A model generated the notes under the pieces. The model had not been told where the DNA came from. It did not search any database and saw only the letters and a program-made list of their open reading frames with translations. Shown piece by piece: positions 25,825-43,179 of a stretch of 64,000 nucleotides of DNA; positions within the stretch are counted from its first letter, which is position 1; each line of letters opens with the position of its first letter. Both the position numbers and the translations under genes were made by a program. The DNA comes from the human T2T-CHM13v2.0 reference genome, Homo sapiens, in the NCBI RefSeq assembly GCF_009914755.1, contig NC_060932.1. One strand, 5' to 3'.

Positions 25825-27751
25825 TGTGCGTGTGTGTGTGTGTGTGGGGGGGTGTTTTTGTAGAAATCGTTTTATTTTTGATATTCAATTTGGGGGTACA
25901 TGTGCAGGTTTGTTACATGGGTATATTGCATGATGCTAAAGTTTGGGGTATGGATGATCCCATCACCCAGAAGTGAGTATGTTACCCAATAGGTAGTTTT
26001 TCAGCCCACACTCCCCACTCCCTTGCCACTCTACTATTCCCCAGTATCTACTGTTCCCATCTTTATGTTCATGTACACTCGGTGCTTAGTTCCTACTTAC
26101 AAGTGAGAACATGCAGTGTTTGCTTTACTATTCCTGCTTTAATTCACAGAATAAAAGCCCCCAGCTGTGTCCATGTTGCTCAAAGGACACGATTTCATTC
26201 TTTGTATGGCTGCATAGTATTCCATGGTGTATAAGTAACACATATTCTTTATCCAGTCCACCACTGATGGACAACTAGGTTGCAACTAGGTTAATTCCAT
26301 GTCTTTGCTATTGTGAAGAGTGCTGTGACAAGCATATGAGTGTGCACATCTTTTTGGTAGAACGATTTATTTTCCTTCGGATATATACCCAGTAATAGGA
26401 TTGCTAGAACGAATGGTAGTCCTAAGTTCTTTAAGAAATCTCCAAGTGCTTTCCAGAGTGGCTGAACTAATTTGCATTCCCACCAACACTATATGAGCTT
26501 TCTATTTTCTCTGCAATCTCACTAGCATCTGTCATTTTTTGACTCTTTAATAATTGCCATTCTGACTTATGGGAGATGGTATCTCACTGCGGTTTTGATT
26601 TGCATTTCTCTGATGATTAGTGATGATGAGCAGTTTTTCATCTGTGTTGGCTGCTTGTATGTCTTCTTTTGAGAGGTGCCTGTTCATGTCGTTTGTCAAT
26701 TTCTACACTGGATTATTTATTTTTTGCTTGTTAAGTTCTCTATAGATTCTGGATATTAGACCTTTGTCAGATGGGTAGTTTGGGAATATTTTCTCTCTTT
26801 CTGTAGGTTGTCTGTTTAGTAATTTCTTTTGCTGTGCAGACATCCTTTAGTTTAATTAGGTCCCACTTGTCAATTTTTGGTTTTGTTGCCATTGCTTTTG
26901 GGGGCTTAGCCATGAGTTCTTTGCCAACGCCAATATCTAGAAGGATATTTCCTAGGTTTTCTTTAGGATATTTATAGTCTGAGTTCTTGTAGTTAAATCT
27001 TTAGTCCATCTTGAGTTAATTTTTATATACAGTGAAAGGTAGGGGCCCAGTTTCATTCTTCTGCATATGGCTAGCCAGTTATCTCAGCAGCACTTATTGA
27101 ATAGGGAGTCCTTTCCCCATTGCTTATTTTTCTTGACCTTAATGAACATCAGATGGTTGTAGGTGTGCCGATTTCTAGGTTCTCTATTCTGTTGCATTGG
27201 TCTATGTGTCTGTTTTTGTACTAGTTCCATGCTGTTTTGATTAGTGGAGCTGTATAGTATAGTTCGAAAATGGGTAATGTGATACCCCCTGCTCTATTCT
27301 TTTTGCTTAGAATTGCTTTGGCTATTGATGATCTTTTTTGGTTTATATGGGTTTTAGAATAGTTTATTTCTGTGTAAAATGATGTTGGTATTTGATAGGA
27401 GTAGCATTGAATCTGTAAATTGCTTTGAGCAATATCATTTTAATGATATTGGTTCTTCCAGTCCATGATCATGGAATATTTTTCCATTTGTCTGTGACAT
27501 CTCTGATTTCTTTCTGCAGTGTTTTGAAGTTCTCTTTGTAGAGGTCTTTCATCTTTTTGGTTAGATGTATTCCTAGGCATTTCATTTTTCTTGTGGCTAT
27601 TATAAATGAGGTTATATTCTTGATTTGGCTCTCAGCTATAAAGTTACTGATGTATAGCAATGCTGCCGACTTTTGTACTGATTTTGTACATTGATTTTGT
27701 ACTCCTTAACTTTACTGAAGTTGTTTATCAGTTCTAGGGGTCTTTTGGCGG
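25825..27751 (-). mobile_element. 5'-truncated L1PA (older, ~L1PA13-16): end of ORF2 plus 3' UTR
   Basis: GGGGTACATGTGCAGGTTTGTTACATGGG 3' end; ORF 27469-27660 is an ORF2 remnant (KDLYKENFKTL...WKNIP); 14-bp TSD GACTCCTTAATTTT. Confidence 0.94.
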
Positions 27752-29354
27752 GACTCCTTAATTTTCATAACAAAATACTAACCTTGTCACCTGTTCCCCG
27801 GAACTAAAGTTAAGCAACGGACTTTAGTCAGCAAATTAAAGTCAGATTAAAGTTATCTATATATCAAGCCTTCACCAAAGAGTAGACACTCAAAACTTGG
27901 TTCTACAATGCACACCAAAGAGGCCCAGGTGAGCAAATTTATCTTTGAGGATATTACCATAAAGAAATGCTATCTATTTCCTCTGCACATATTCTTAATT
28001 CCATTTAGGGGTAAGATGTTAAAATATAAAAAGCTACACTCTTGAAGTATATTACATTTGAGCCTGGAAATTAGTCTTTATTGAATTACGTTTTAATGCT
28101 ATACCTTCAAATTTTAAAACGAATCCCAACAAATGACAACTTCATAAACTCCAGCTCTTGAATTTGTTGGTAAATTGGGTTTGGGTTATTATACTCTACA
28201 TAGCCAAATATGCCATCTACAGTGCATGGGCCGAGTGAGATGGGCATAGCAGGTATAATTATGTTCATATTACGGATAATATACACACTTACCCCAGAAT
28301 CACACAGCCAAAAAAAAATAGGGTTGTATTCAACATCTGAATCCCTCTCCAGTGAGCATTCTATAATGCCATAATGCTCCTTCCTCTCTTATCCATTGGG
28401 CAGGCTCCTTCCCCTACTTTGTTCAATCCTATCTGAGGACCAATTTAATATTTCACAGAATTTCTTGTGCTTTCTACACAAAAAAGAGATAATAGAGTCT
28501 CAGTTTGAGTTTAATTGAGGATGCTCTCATAGAATCACTTTATACAAATGTACACTTCCTCTAATACCCTTTATACAGTAAACAAATCATTCCTTTATAC
28601 AGCTAATTTACAAATCATTCCTTCTTGCTTCCTTCTATTCCCTCACCAGTCTTTCTAAACCTCATACATTAAGTCTGGTGAGGATTCAACGAATGTTGCA
28701 ATTGTTTATCAGAACCTTTTTTGCGGTTGCTCACATAATCCCAGCAAAGAGTTGCAGGATCTGATCAGAGTTCTGACTAACTCCCTTGGATAAGGCACAG
28801 TCTGTCAATGACATGTCAGTCAGTAGCCAAGCAGAGCTGGAGCAAGGCAGGAGCTGTGGAGCATGTGTGGAAGGCCCTGCAACCCCAGCAAACAGCGTCA
28901 TCATGTTGCCAGCTCTGACTTCCCATGGTTTTTAATCAGCGGTCTGACCCTCAAAGCAACAATTTACAGAGCACATGGGTGTATTCGCTTTCCCAGGTGA
29001 AATTGGGAAGCTACTATTTTGTGAGTAAGTGCTGTTTCTCTGGATTGCAGCAACAAGCCATCACTAAAAGATGAAAGCAGAAGTGAGGTAGCAGACCCGC
29101 GGAAAACGTTCTTGCCTGTAGCCAGGCAGAGTATGCATGCCAGGATGAATCAGAAATGCGTTAAAGAAATTCAGAGACTTTTCAGGTAGTTAAATATTGC
29201 AAACATGTGTATATAATTTCATTTTTCTCTTTGAATAGTCTCTTCTGTGCAGAATCTGTTGTATAGTTGATTCTTGCTATGAGATATAATAGAATCAGTT
29301 AAGTAATGTTTTAGAAGCATAAACTGAATTAGCATTGAATTATATGTTCTTTAT

Positions 29355-32240
<2,886 letters not shown>

Positions 32241-32269
32241 TATGGTATGCGTATATATGTGTGTGTGTA

Positions 32270-32552
32270 TATATATATAATATGCTGTATTCTTACAATA
32301 AAGTAAGCTAGAGAAAAGAAGATGTTATTAAGAAATTCATAAGAGAAAATATATTTACTATTTATTAAGTGGACATGGATCATCATAAAGTTCTTCATCC
32401 TCGTTGTCTTCACACTGAATATAGGATAAGGAGGAGGAGGAGGAGGAAAAGGAGGGGTTAGTCTTGCTTTCTCAGGAGTGGCAGAGGTGGAAGAAAATCT
32501 GTGTGTAAGTGGATCCATGCAGGTCAAAACCGTGTTGTTCAAAGGTCAACTG
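32270..32552 (-). mobile_element. Tigger2a/MER28 fragment
   Basis: Terminal CCGTGTTGTTCAAAGGTCAACTG followed by TA, and the internal (GGA)n run of Tigger2. Confidence 0.9.
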
Positions 32553-32579
32553 TACTCACTTTTACCAAAGAGCTGCTGG

Positions 32580-34000
32580 ACAGGGAGAGGGAGGAATGTG
32601 GAAAGGGGCATGTTGATGAAAAAGTGCAGTTTCAGTTAGACTGCAGAAATGTATTTTTTGCCTGTTTATTGTTTATTATTTAAATTTTTCCTTCAATTTT
32701 TATTTTAGTACCAGGGGTACACGTGCAGGTTTGTTACAAAGGTATATTGTGTGATGCTGAGGTTTGGAATATGATTGAACCCCTCACCCAGGTAGTGAGT
32801 ATAGTAACCAACAGGTAGTTTGTCACCCTTTGCCTCCCTCTCTCTCCCCCCATAGGAGTCCCCAGGGTCTATTGTTCCCATCTTTACATCCAAGTGTGCC
32901 CCATGTTTAGCTCCCAGTTATAAATTAGAATATGAAGTATTTGGTTTTCTGTTTCTACATTAATTCACTTAGGATAATGGCCTTCAGCTGCATCCATGTT
33001 GCTACAAAGGACATGATTTCATTATTTTTTTATGGCTGCATGGAAATACCCTTTTTGATACTGGTCTTGACAAAGAATTTATAGCTAAGTCCTCAAAAAC
33101 AATGACAACAAAAACAGAAATTGGTAAGTAGGACCTAATTAAACTCAAGAGCTATTTCACAGCAAGAGAAACTGTCAAGGGAGTAAATAGACAACCTACA
33201 GAATGGGTGAAAATATTCTCAAACTATGCATCCAACAAAGGTCTAATATCCAGAATCTATAAAAAACTTAATTCAACTAGCAAAAAACAAACAACCCCAT
33301 TAAAAAGTGGGCAGAAGACTGCACAGACATTTCTCAAAAGCAGACATACACATGGCCAAGAAACATGTGAAAACAAATGCTCGCCAGCCCTAACCATCAG
33401 AGAGATGGAGATCAAAACCATTATGAGATACCATCTCACACTAGTCAGAATGGTTTTTATTAAAAAGTCAAAAAATAACAGATATTGGTGATACTACAGA
33501 GAAAAGGAAACACTTACACACTGATGGTAGGAATACAAATTAGTCCGGCCACTGTGGAGAGATGTTTGGCGATTCCTCAAAGATACAAGAGTTCAACTAT
33601 CATTCGACCCAGCAATTCATTACCGGGTATATGCCTAAGGAAAATAAATAGTTCTACCAAAAGGATGCATGTACCTGCATATTCATTGCAGTGCTATTCA
33701 TAATACCAAAAACATGGCATCAACCCAGGTACCCGTCAGTGGTGGATTGGATAAAGAAAATTTGGAGAAAGAAGTGTAAGTGATCTACTATACTGCATGG
33801 TGACCATAGTTAATAATAATGTATTATATATTTCAAAAATGGCTAATAGATTTTTTTTAACATTCTCACCACAAAAAACATGGATATGTTAATTAGCTTG
33901 ATTGCATCTTTTTACAATGTATTATAACTCAAAATGTCACACTGTACCCCATAAATATACACAATTATTATTTGTCAATTAATATAAATTAATATTTTAA
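32580..34000 (+). mobile_element. L1MA 3' end hosting a younger L1
   Basis: ...GTTTCAGTTAGA (32630) resumes as GATCTACTATACTGCATGGTGACCATAGTTAATAAT (33782). Confidence 0.75.
32665..33764 (-). mobile_element. L1PA (older) with 5' inversion
   Basis: Antisense 3' end 32665-33040 is joined directly to a sense ORF2 segment 33041-33764. Confidence 0.88.
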
Positions 34001-34079
34001 AGAATTCTGCTTGAATCAAGTTTTAATTTGAATAATTTACAAACTGACTTTGTATTCCAAGTTAGCATATAAATTTCAG

Positions 34080-34190
34080 GTTTTTCTTAGAGACGGAGTG
34101 TCACTTTGTCAACCAGGCTGGAGGGCAGTGGTACAATCACAACTCACTGTAACCTCAAACTCCTGGACTGGATACTCCAGCCTCAGCCTA
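34080..34190 (-). mobile_element. Alu/FLAM fragment
   Basis: GAGACGGAGTGTCACTTTGTCAACCAGGCTGGAG...CCTCAGCC. Confidence 0.85.
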
Positions 34191-34834
34191 AGCTGAGCTA
34201 TATCTTTGTTTTGGACATCAAAATCTTTCTTTACAGATAGGTTAAGTGAATTATATAAAAATGGTATTGAAACAAATAACGTATTCCTTTAAGAAACATA
34301 AAGAATGCTTAAGTATCCTTAAGTAAGTTAAATACATTTATTTACATTAAACCATACTTATATTTTATTAAAGTAGATTAGATTTCCTGGAGATAATTTA
34401 ATCAGCTATATTATCAGATGGATTTAGTATTAGATTATAAATTTTTACTGAGCTCTATTTTGATTAGTCTAAAATAATGAAGTTTAGTGTTTTTCAATTC
34501 TGAAAAAATCTTACTGCTGGCTATGAACCAAAAATTACATTTGGCATTTTCTCATATTTATTCTGAAGACTCAAATGTAGTTATTTTTTGAAGACATAAG
34601 TCTAATAATTAAATCCAATTTGTGCTTTTACAAAATAATTCCCTCTGCTAGTGTAAAAACAGTTACATATTCTGTGTTTCTGAAAATAGATGTATGTCTC
34701 TTAGAAATAGTGGAGTCTCTGGAAATGGAAATGTTCTGAAAAATTGATTTACAAAACATTAGAAAACAATTACTAAGAGAAATTCTGACAAGCAAATGAA
34801 ATGACAAGAAATCACTGTGTAGTATGACAAAGTA

Positions 34835-35478
<644 letters not shown>

Positions 35479-37234
35479 TCATAGAACATAATTAGAAGGA
35501 AACTTCTATTATATAATCCTACCACTAGCATAAGAGCAGCTGTGTAATCTGAAACTACATGATGCTAATGTGACATCTCCTTTAATAGTTCCTGACCCTC
35601 CAAAATTAGTGAACACGCTTTATGATACTGAGGCAGGAAAATAAATACTTGCACAAGATATTCTTCAAAATAAAATGTTAGAGGAAATGCTGTGCCAATA
35701 CATGTTTGTTGATGTGTATTTCCTTTACTATAAATATTAAAATGAAAATGAAGCATATAGGGTCAATGCCTCGAGGAAAAAGGAAATTAAATTCTAGCTT
35801 TACAAAGATCACTGGCAAAACTCTGCATTCTGGAAAAAAAATATAGAAAAACTCGGATGCTCTGAAATTCTTGCTCTTCTCTTTTAAATATTAAATAAGT
35901 AAAACCCATTTCCTTATCTCTGTATTTATGAATCTCCTTTATATGTTTGTACTCTGCTCCTGCAGTTGTCATAATTTGTTCTTTATTATACTCTTATAAC
36001 CTCCTCTAAAAGAGGGGATGGCATGCTATTCACCTTACTCTGTAACAGTCACCTCTGCTTCTTGTTTTCTTGTTCTTTTTTAGTGTAAGTACTGTCTACC
36101 CATTTCCATGTTCCCTGGTGAGCTTCTCATCCTTCATTTAGACTTCCTGCTTCCCAGGTTTTCTATTTGTTCCCTTACACCCCTCTCCAGTGCCATTCCA
36201 CCACCACAATTTCATTTTCTCTTGTGAATTTCCTTCTCCATGACTCAGTCCAATTTCCCATCTTTTCCTTTAGCTCTGCATCTCACCGGCACCTGCCTAT
36301 CTAATTTCCAGTTTCCACCCTCACATCCAGGCACCTATCCAAATGCAAATTCTTCTCCCACACCCAAACACACCTGCCAACTACTCCGCACCACTTCTCA
36401 CAATCAGTACGCCTCTCTCCTGTCCCTGATCCAATTAAGTTCCCATCATGTCTGTGAGCATATGGCTTCTACACTGCACCCTATCCCTTCTTCCGGGAAG
36501 AAGTGTCCTGCCAAGGACATGTGAGCAGACCAGGAAAGGCTCACACATGAGCACTTCTACTACATTTCCTTCCATGCAAACTGCAGTGTATTCAAGGTCA
36601 TTGAAAGGGGTTCTTTTGCTTCTGATTGGATTTCAGTTTGCTCTAGAGCAGACGAACCTTTGCAAGGAAACCAGGCTAGTTATTGAGGACGGAAGGCAAA
36701 GAAAAAAAGCAAGAAAGAGAATAAAAGAAAAAGTATACATATATGTATGTGTATGTATACATATATATTATATATATTATACAGGCACATACCTGTGTTT
36801 TATTAATATTACATTTAGTCCCATCATATGTCTGGCACAGCCATCCTTCTGTAGTTACCTAAATCTCACAATTCCTAAGTATAACCCATCCATCTTCACT
36901 TCACAGAAATCAATTAAAAAGTGTGGTTGGTGTGTACTTCCAGTAGAACCAATATTATTCCATGCACATGTGATTATCATTTTATACTTTTCAAGGTTCT
37001 TTCATAGAAATCATCTCCTTTAGTTACATGCAGTATAGGGCCTGCCTCATCCAGGTCTTGTAGCCTCTTGGGAGCTGTCACCAACATACACTTTTAAGTT
37101 GGAGATAAATCTGACATGCAAGATCTTAGGCAAATTCACTGAACTTGAAAAGCATGTCAGAATTAGAGGAGAAAGGAGTGAGCCAAGTTCAAGGATATCA
37201 ACCATTTCAAAAGGCTATAGAGGCTAAACACTGA

Positions 37235-38370
37235 GCAAAAATTAACTCAAAATGGATCTAAATGTAAGACCTAAACTTAAGACCTAAAACTGTAAAACTC
37301 TGAGAAGAGAAGTGGGGAAGCTTCATGACCCTGGATTTGGCAATGATTTCTTGGATGACACCAAAAACATAGACAACAAAATTAAAAATAGATAAATTGG
37401 ACACCAAGATTTAAAACTTCTGTGCATCAAAGGGCAGAATCAAGAAAGTGAAAAGGCAACCTATGAAATGGGAGAAAATATTTATAAGAGATTAATATCC
37501 ACAATATAAAAGAAATCCTACAACTTAGCAACAACAACAAAACAAATAACTCAATTTTAAAATGGTCAAAGGAATTGAATATACATTTCTTCAAAGATGA
37601 TATGTATATGGCCAATAAGCACATGAAAAGATGCTCAAAATTGCCAATCACCAGGAAAACGCAAATCAACACCACAATATCACCTCACACCCATTAGGAT
37701 GGCTACTACCGAAAACAAACAACAACAACAAGAAAATAACAAGCATTGGCATTGGCAAGAATGTGGAGAAACTGGAACCCTTGTGCATTCCTGATGGGAA
37801 TGCAAAACGGTACAGTCACTACGGAAAACAGTAGGATGGTTTCTCAAAAAATTAAAAATAGGATTACCATATGATCCAGCCATTCTACTCCTGAGTAAAT
37901 ACTTAATAGAACTGAAAGCAGGGTCATGAAGAAATATTTGCACACTCATGTTCATAGCCTCACTATTCTGAGAGTCCATCAATGCATGAATGGATAAACA
38001 AAATGTATATCACACAATTAAATATTATTCAACTTTAAAAAGGAATGAAATTCTCATCCTACAACATGAGTGAACCTTGAGGACATTGTGCTACATGGAA
38101 TGATGGAATAAGGGAGTCAGAGAAAGACAAATACTATATGATTCCACTTGTATGTGATACCTACAGTAGTCAAATCCATAGAAACAGAAGGCAGAATGGC
38201 AGGGCTAGGGGAGAAGGGAATGGGGAGTGGTTGTTTTGGTTTTGCAAGATGGAAAGGTGCTGGAATTGGTTGCACAAAAATGTGAATATACATAACACTA
38301 CTGAACTGTACACCTAAAAATCGTTAAGATGATAAATTTTGTTATATGTATTTTACTTGAATTTTTTAAA
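37235..38370 (+). mobile_element. L1MB-type ORF2 end plus 3' UTR
   Basis: AAAATTAACTCAAAATGGATC...TACCATATGATCCAGC...ACTACTGAACTGTACAC. Confidence 0.9.
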
Positions 38371-38398
38371 AAGTCTATAAAGGCTAAAACCGTGTCTC

Positions 38399-38713
<315 letters not shown>

Positions 38714-40744
38714 TAACAAGTGAAGAACAATTTTCAGGAAAAAGAATATAGTGAGCATTGACATTTGCCTGTGATGAGCTTATCCGGTGACCTCTTGGAC
38801 CCTTGTCTTGATGATGTATGCTGCAAGGTCGACTTTTGATTGCTCAGAGCCATAGAGTCCCCAAATACCATGATTACAAAAATCCTTTATGAGCATATTT
38901 GAAGAAGATGTAATGGCCCAGTTCTAATTACATCCGAATCACAAAGGAAAACTGTGAAACATTCACAGGTTCAATCTAGAATACAGGCTGACACCTGGTA
39001 GAGTATTAACATTCCCAAAGAACGGCACAACAGTGGAAAAGACTCGACAAGGAGAAGTGAGTAAATGCCATGTCTCCTGCAAGACTTCTGCTCATAGTAT
39101 TGGGAACTTTATACAAGCCGCTCAATTCTGTCTGAGGATATCCAACCCTACCCCAGTCTCTTTTAGTTATCTCAGCAGATAGCACTGAATCCAAAGTCAT
39201 CTGTTTTCTGACAAAGCCAGGACTCAAACCTAGGTCTTCTTACTTAGGAAGCATGAGTGACATCACTCTGTGGGGCCTTAAATCAATTCCTTTAAGTTAC
39301 TGCTCCAAGAAACAATGTGCAGTAGACTACCTGCCATCAAAAGCTACACAAGGGAATAGGACATGAATTGTCCTCACAGGAAAGCCTTGGCAGACAAGAA
39401 AACTGACACTTTGGATAAGGAAACCATGCAGAATCAACATTCACTTTAAAGAATCAGGTTCTGACCATAAGAACTATATTGGCTGCTGCAGTAAACATGC
39501 TAGAACCTGAACCCACATGTAGAGAAACTCCAGAGAGTCACTAGGAGGTATAAATAGAAGTGGGTCAAAGAGACAAATAAACAAAGGTTCTGAAGCCCCT
39601 ATGCCTATTCTTACTCTGGAATAATTAATCATCCTTACATTTGGGAGAAAATTTAATGTTGATTTTTTTTGTTTGATTTGTGGGGCAGGAGGTTTAATTA
39701 TTTTAGTTTTAGTTTTGTTTTGTTTGCACAGACCAAAAATCGGGGTTAAATAGCAACACTGAAAACCAGAAACTTGGGATGGTATCTCAAAAATACCTGA
39801 GACCTTAGAATATATAAGTTGGCCTGAACTACCTGCAACCTACTTAATGAGGGAGCCAACCTATGTATCAAGCATTATGACAAATGGGAAATTTTGGTCA
39901 AACACATGGTTCAGTCATGGCCAAGAAGGGCTGTGAGAAATCTTGCCCCAGAGCACACTGACTGTGAAAATTTCCAGGTATTTGTGCTAAATTTTAATCT
40001 AATCAAATCACATAGCAGCACGGAGTTCCTTGTCCAGGGATTCTCTAGAGATAAAGACAAGCTTGAACCCTGCCTTGGATACTGGTGGATGAACCATGAG
40101 CTTAGATGTACAGAGGCCTCTTAAGGCTTCTCCAACTCCTCTTAGTACCCTCAAGTCTAGCAGAAGGCAGAGAGCAAATCTAGATGTTTGACCTAATACA
40201 ATACTTTCTCCACTCCTCTGGAGAAGTGATTCTCAATTCTGGCAGCACATTAAGACGTTTGGGGAGCTTTGAAATAATATTAATAGAACCTGAAAACAAA
40301 ATGTTGGTAGAAGAGGAATCATTTCTTAATCTCCCTGAATCGCCTCATCCCATGTCCCAAAGAAAGAAAACCAGAAGCAGCAGCTAGAATATATTAGAAT
40401 ACACACACACACAGACACACACACACACACAACACCCATGCAGCACACCTTTAACAAAGTGACAAGATACCCAAATAATCCAAAATATGAATAGGTAAGA
40501 TAAAATCACTGACAGCAGCAATATCCACATTTTATAAGCAACTGTGCAGGAGGAATAAAAGAAACAGTAAAGGGGATTTAGCTGGCCCTGAGAATCTGGA
40601 AAACAATAAATTGCTAATAAGCAGTTACCCCTAAAAGAAGAGGTCAAACTCAGAGTATAAGCTTTGCAGCCCAATCTTATACAATAGCCAGAATTAGAAG
40701 GGAACCTAACAGGGTTGAATTATAGGGGACTGTAGGAAGGCAGG

Positions 40745-42120
40745 ATGGAGTGGAAAACATCATTCTCTGGGAAGATCAGCCAGTCACCTGGTGGCTGATG
40801 GATTACACAGAACTACTTCTATCATACAAGAGGCAGCACTTTATTCTCACTGGAATAGAAGTTGGGAGTACAGATTTGCCTTCCCTACCTGCAAAGCCTC
40901 TGCAAAAATCATCATCCCTGACTGCCTTATTCACCTTTGTGCACAAAATTGGTAAGAAGCACAAAATTACTTCTTACCAAGAAACTTGTTTCACAGTGAA
41001 GGAAGTGAGGCTATTGACTCATGCTTACAGAGTTCACTAGTCATCTGATACTACTGTCTGTTGTTCTCTGTCATGTTGACCTGATAGATTTGTAGAATAG
41101 ACCTTTGAAAATTACAATGTCACCTGAAGGAAGCTTGTGAGGCTGAAGTAATATCTTCTTGGATACAGTATATCCTCTAAATCAACAGTCAATAACTAGC
41201 GCTATTTCTTCCACCACCAGGCTTTGTGAGTTCAAGAACGAAGGGGTGGCGCCCAAAAGATTGGTTCCTCCGAATACCACCTCTACATCTTTCCAATATC
41301 CATGACTTTGTGTTAAGCAGGTGTACAAGCCTTGGTTCACAAGGAAGACATGCTTCAAACAGTGGACCCAGCAATGTTAGTTGAGACTACCACCTGAATA
41401 CTTAAGGCTCCATATGTCCATGTATCCACAGACAAAGAAGGGATTAGTGTACTCGCAGGAGTGATTTGTACTGTCAAGGGGAAAGTGGGCTGCCACTACT
41501 CAATGAGGGCAAGTAGGAGTATATGGAATGTGGGAGATCCCCGAGAGTACCTTTGAGTACTATCATGTCCTGTGATTAAAGTAAGTGTCAGAGTAAAACC
41601 AATACAGGCAGAACTGCTAATGGCCCAGACCCTTCAGGAATCACGTTTAGGTCAAACTACCGGACAGGGAACCATGACCAGCTAATGTGTTTGCTGAGGG
41701 GAAAGGGAATACAGAATGGATCATGGAAGAGAATAGTTATAAATACCAGTGACAGCCACATGACCAGCTGCACAAAAAGGACTACAGTGATTATGAGTAT
41801 TTTATACTTATTTTTATATGAATACATTTGTGTACATACTAGCCAAATTTCTTTTCTTTTTTTCCCATTCTCCTGCCACCTAATGCCAAACATGTTAATA
41901 ATCATTACCCTTATATTTAATAATTTAAATTCAGGATATTAACTGGGGGAATGTGAGTTGACTAGATTTCTCTTAATCATCTTTTTGGGAGACAGTTATC
42001 ATGCTTTTAGTTGTCTAAGGGATAGCTGCATCACGTTAGACAAAGACAAAATTTTGCCGTTGTCTTTATTTGGAAACAAAGTTTGGATAAAAAGGGTATG
42101 TTTGGATGCCAAGTTGACAG
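40745..42120 (+). mobile_element. ERVL internal fragment (integrase plus dUTPase-region remnant)
   Basis: ORF 40750 WEDQPVTWWLMDYT...HFILTGIE resembles ERVL integrase DQPATWWQVDY...FVLTGID; ends GATGCCAAGTTGACA, the pre-LTR motif. Confidence 0.85.
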
Positions 42121-42282
42121 TATCCATTCTCCTCTTCCTTACCAATAGGATACCTGGTTTTTAGCTGGGCACAAAGCTGTTCAGAGTATGGATTATTTTT
42201 CTCAGCTTCCCTGGTAGCTGAGTATGGTCATATGACTATGTTCTACCCATATTGAAAGTATCGTACGTCATTCAAAAAGTAT

Positions 42283-42759
42283 TGTATTAGTCAGTTCAAG
42301 CTGCTATAACAAAATACCATTGACTGGGTGGCTTAAACAACAGAAATTTATTACTCAGAGTTCTGGAGCCTGGGAAGTAAAATATCTAAGTGCCAGTGAG
42401 GTAGTCTCATTCTGAGGGCTCTTCTCTTGGCCTATAGACAGCTGTCATCTCACTCTCACTTGTGTTCACATCACCTCTTCTTTGTGCACTTGAGGCTGGG
42501 GACACAGGGGAGAGAGAGAGAGAGAGAAAGAAAGGGAGGGAGAGAAAGAAAGGGAGAGAGAGACAGAGAGAGAGAGAGAGAGTGCATGTGTACAAGCCCT
42601 CTTGTGTCTCTCATAAGGGTACTGACCACATGATGAGGGCCTCACCTTCATGACCTCATATAGCCTTATTACTTTCCAAATGCCTCATCTCCAAATACCA
42701 CACTGAGGATAAAGGCTTCAACATAGGAATTCCGGGGGAAAACAATTTGGTACGTAGCA
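42283..42759 (-). mobile_element. MLT1A-like LTR containing a (GA)n tract
   Basis: TGTATTAGTCAGTTCAAGCTGCTATAACAAAATACCA...GTAGCA; TSD AGTAT/AATAT. Confidence 0.88.
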
Positions 42760-42798
42760 AATATCCTTAAAAAAAAGAGCCATTCCCATCTTTAGCTT

Positions 42799-43179
42799 TG
42801 ATATGGTTTGGTAGTTTTCCCACCCACATCTCATGTTGAATTCTAGTTCCCATAATCCCTACATGTCGTGGGAGGGACCCGGTGAGAGGTAATTGAATCA
42901 TGGGGGCGGTTACCTCCATGCTGTTCTTGTGGTAGTTACATCTCCCAAGAACTCAGGAGATCAGATAGTTTTATAAGGGGTTTTGCTCTGCCTTTGCTCT
43001 GCACTTCTCCTTGCTGCCATCATGTGAAGAAGGGCATGTTTGTTTCCCCTTCCACCATGACTGTAAGTTTCCTGAGGCCTCCCAGCCATGCTGAACTGTG
43101 AGTCAATAAAACCTCTTTCCTTTGTAAATTACCCAGTCTCAGGTATTTCTTCATAGCAGCATGAGAACTGACTAATACA
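42799..43179 (+). mobile_element. THE1C/D solo LTR
   Basis: TGATATGGTTTGG...GTAAGTTTCCTGAGGCCTCCCAGCCATG...ACTAATACA. Confidence 0.92.

Noticed and set aside
36448-37023. 191-aa ORF
   Set aside because: Crosses A-rich and TA-rich low-complexity tracts; no domain or coding-like composition.
42507-42582. Polypurine (GA)n tract with RE-rich ORFs
   Set aside because: Simple-repeat expansion at a GA-rich position commonly seen in MLT1A LTRs.
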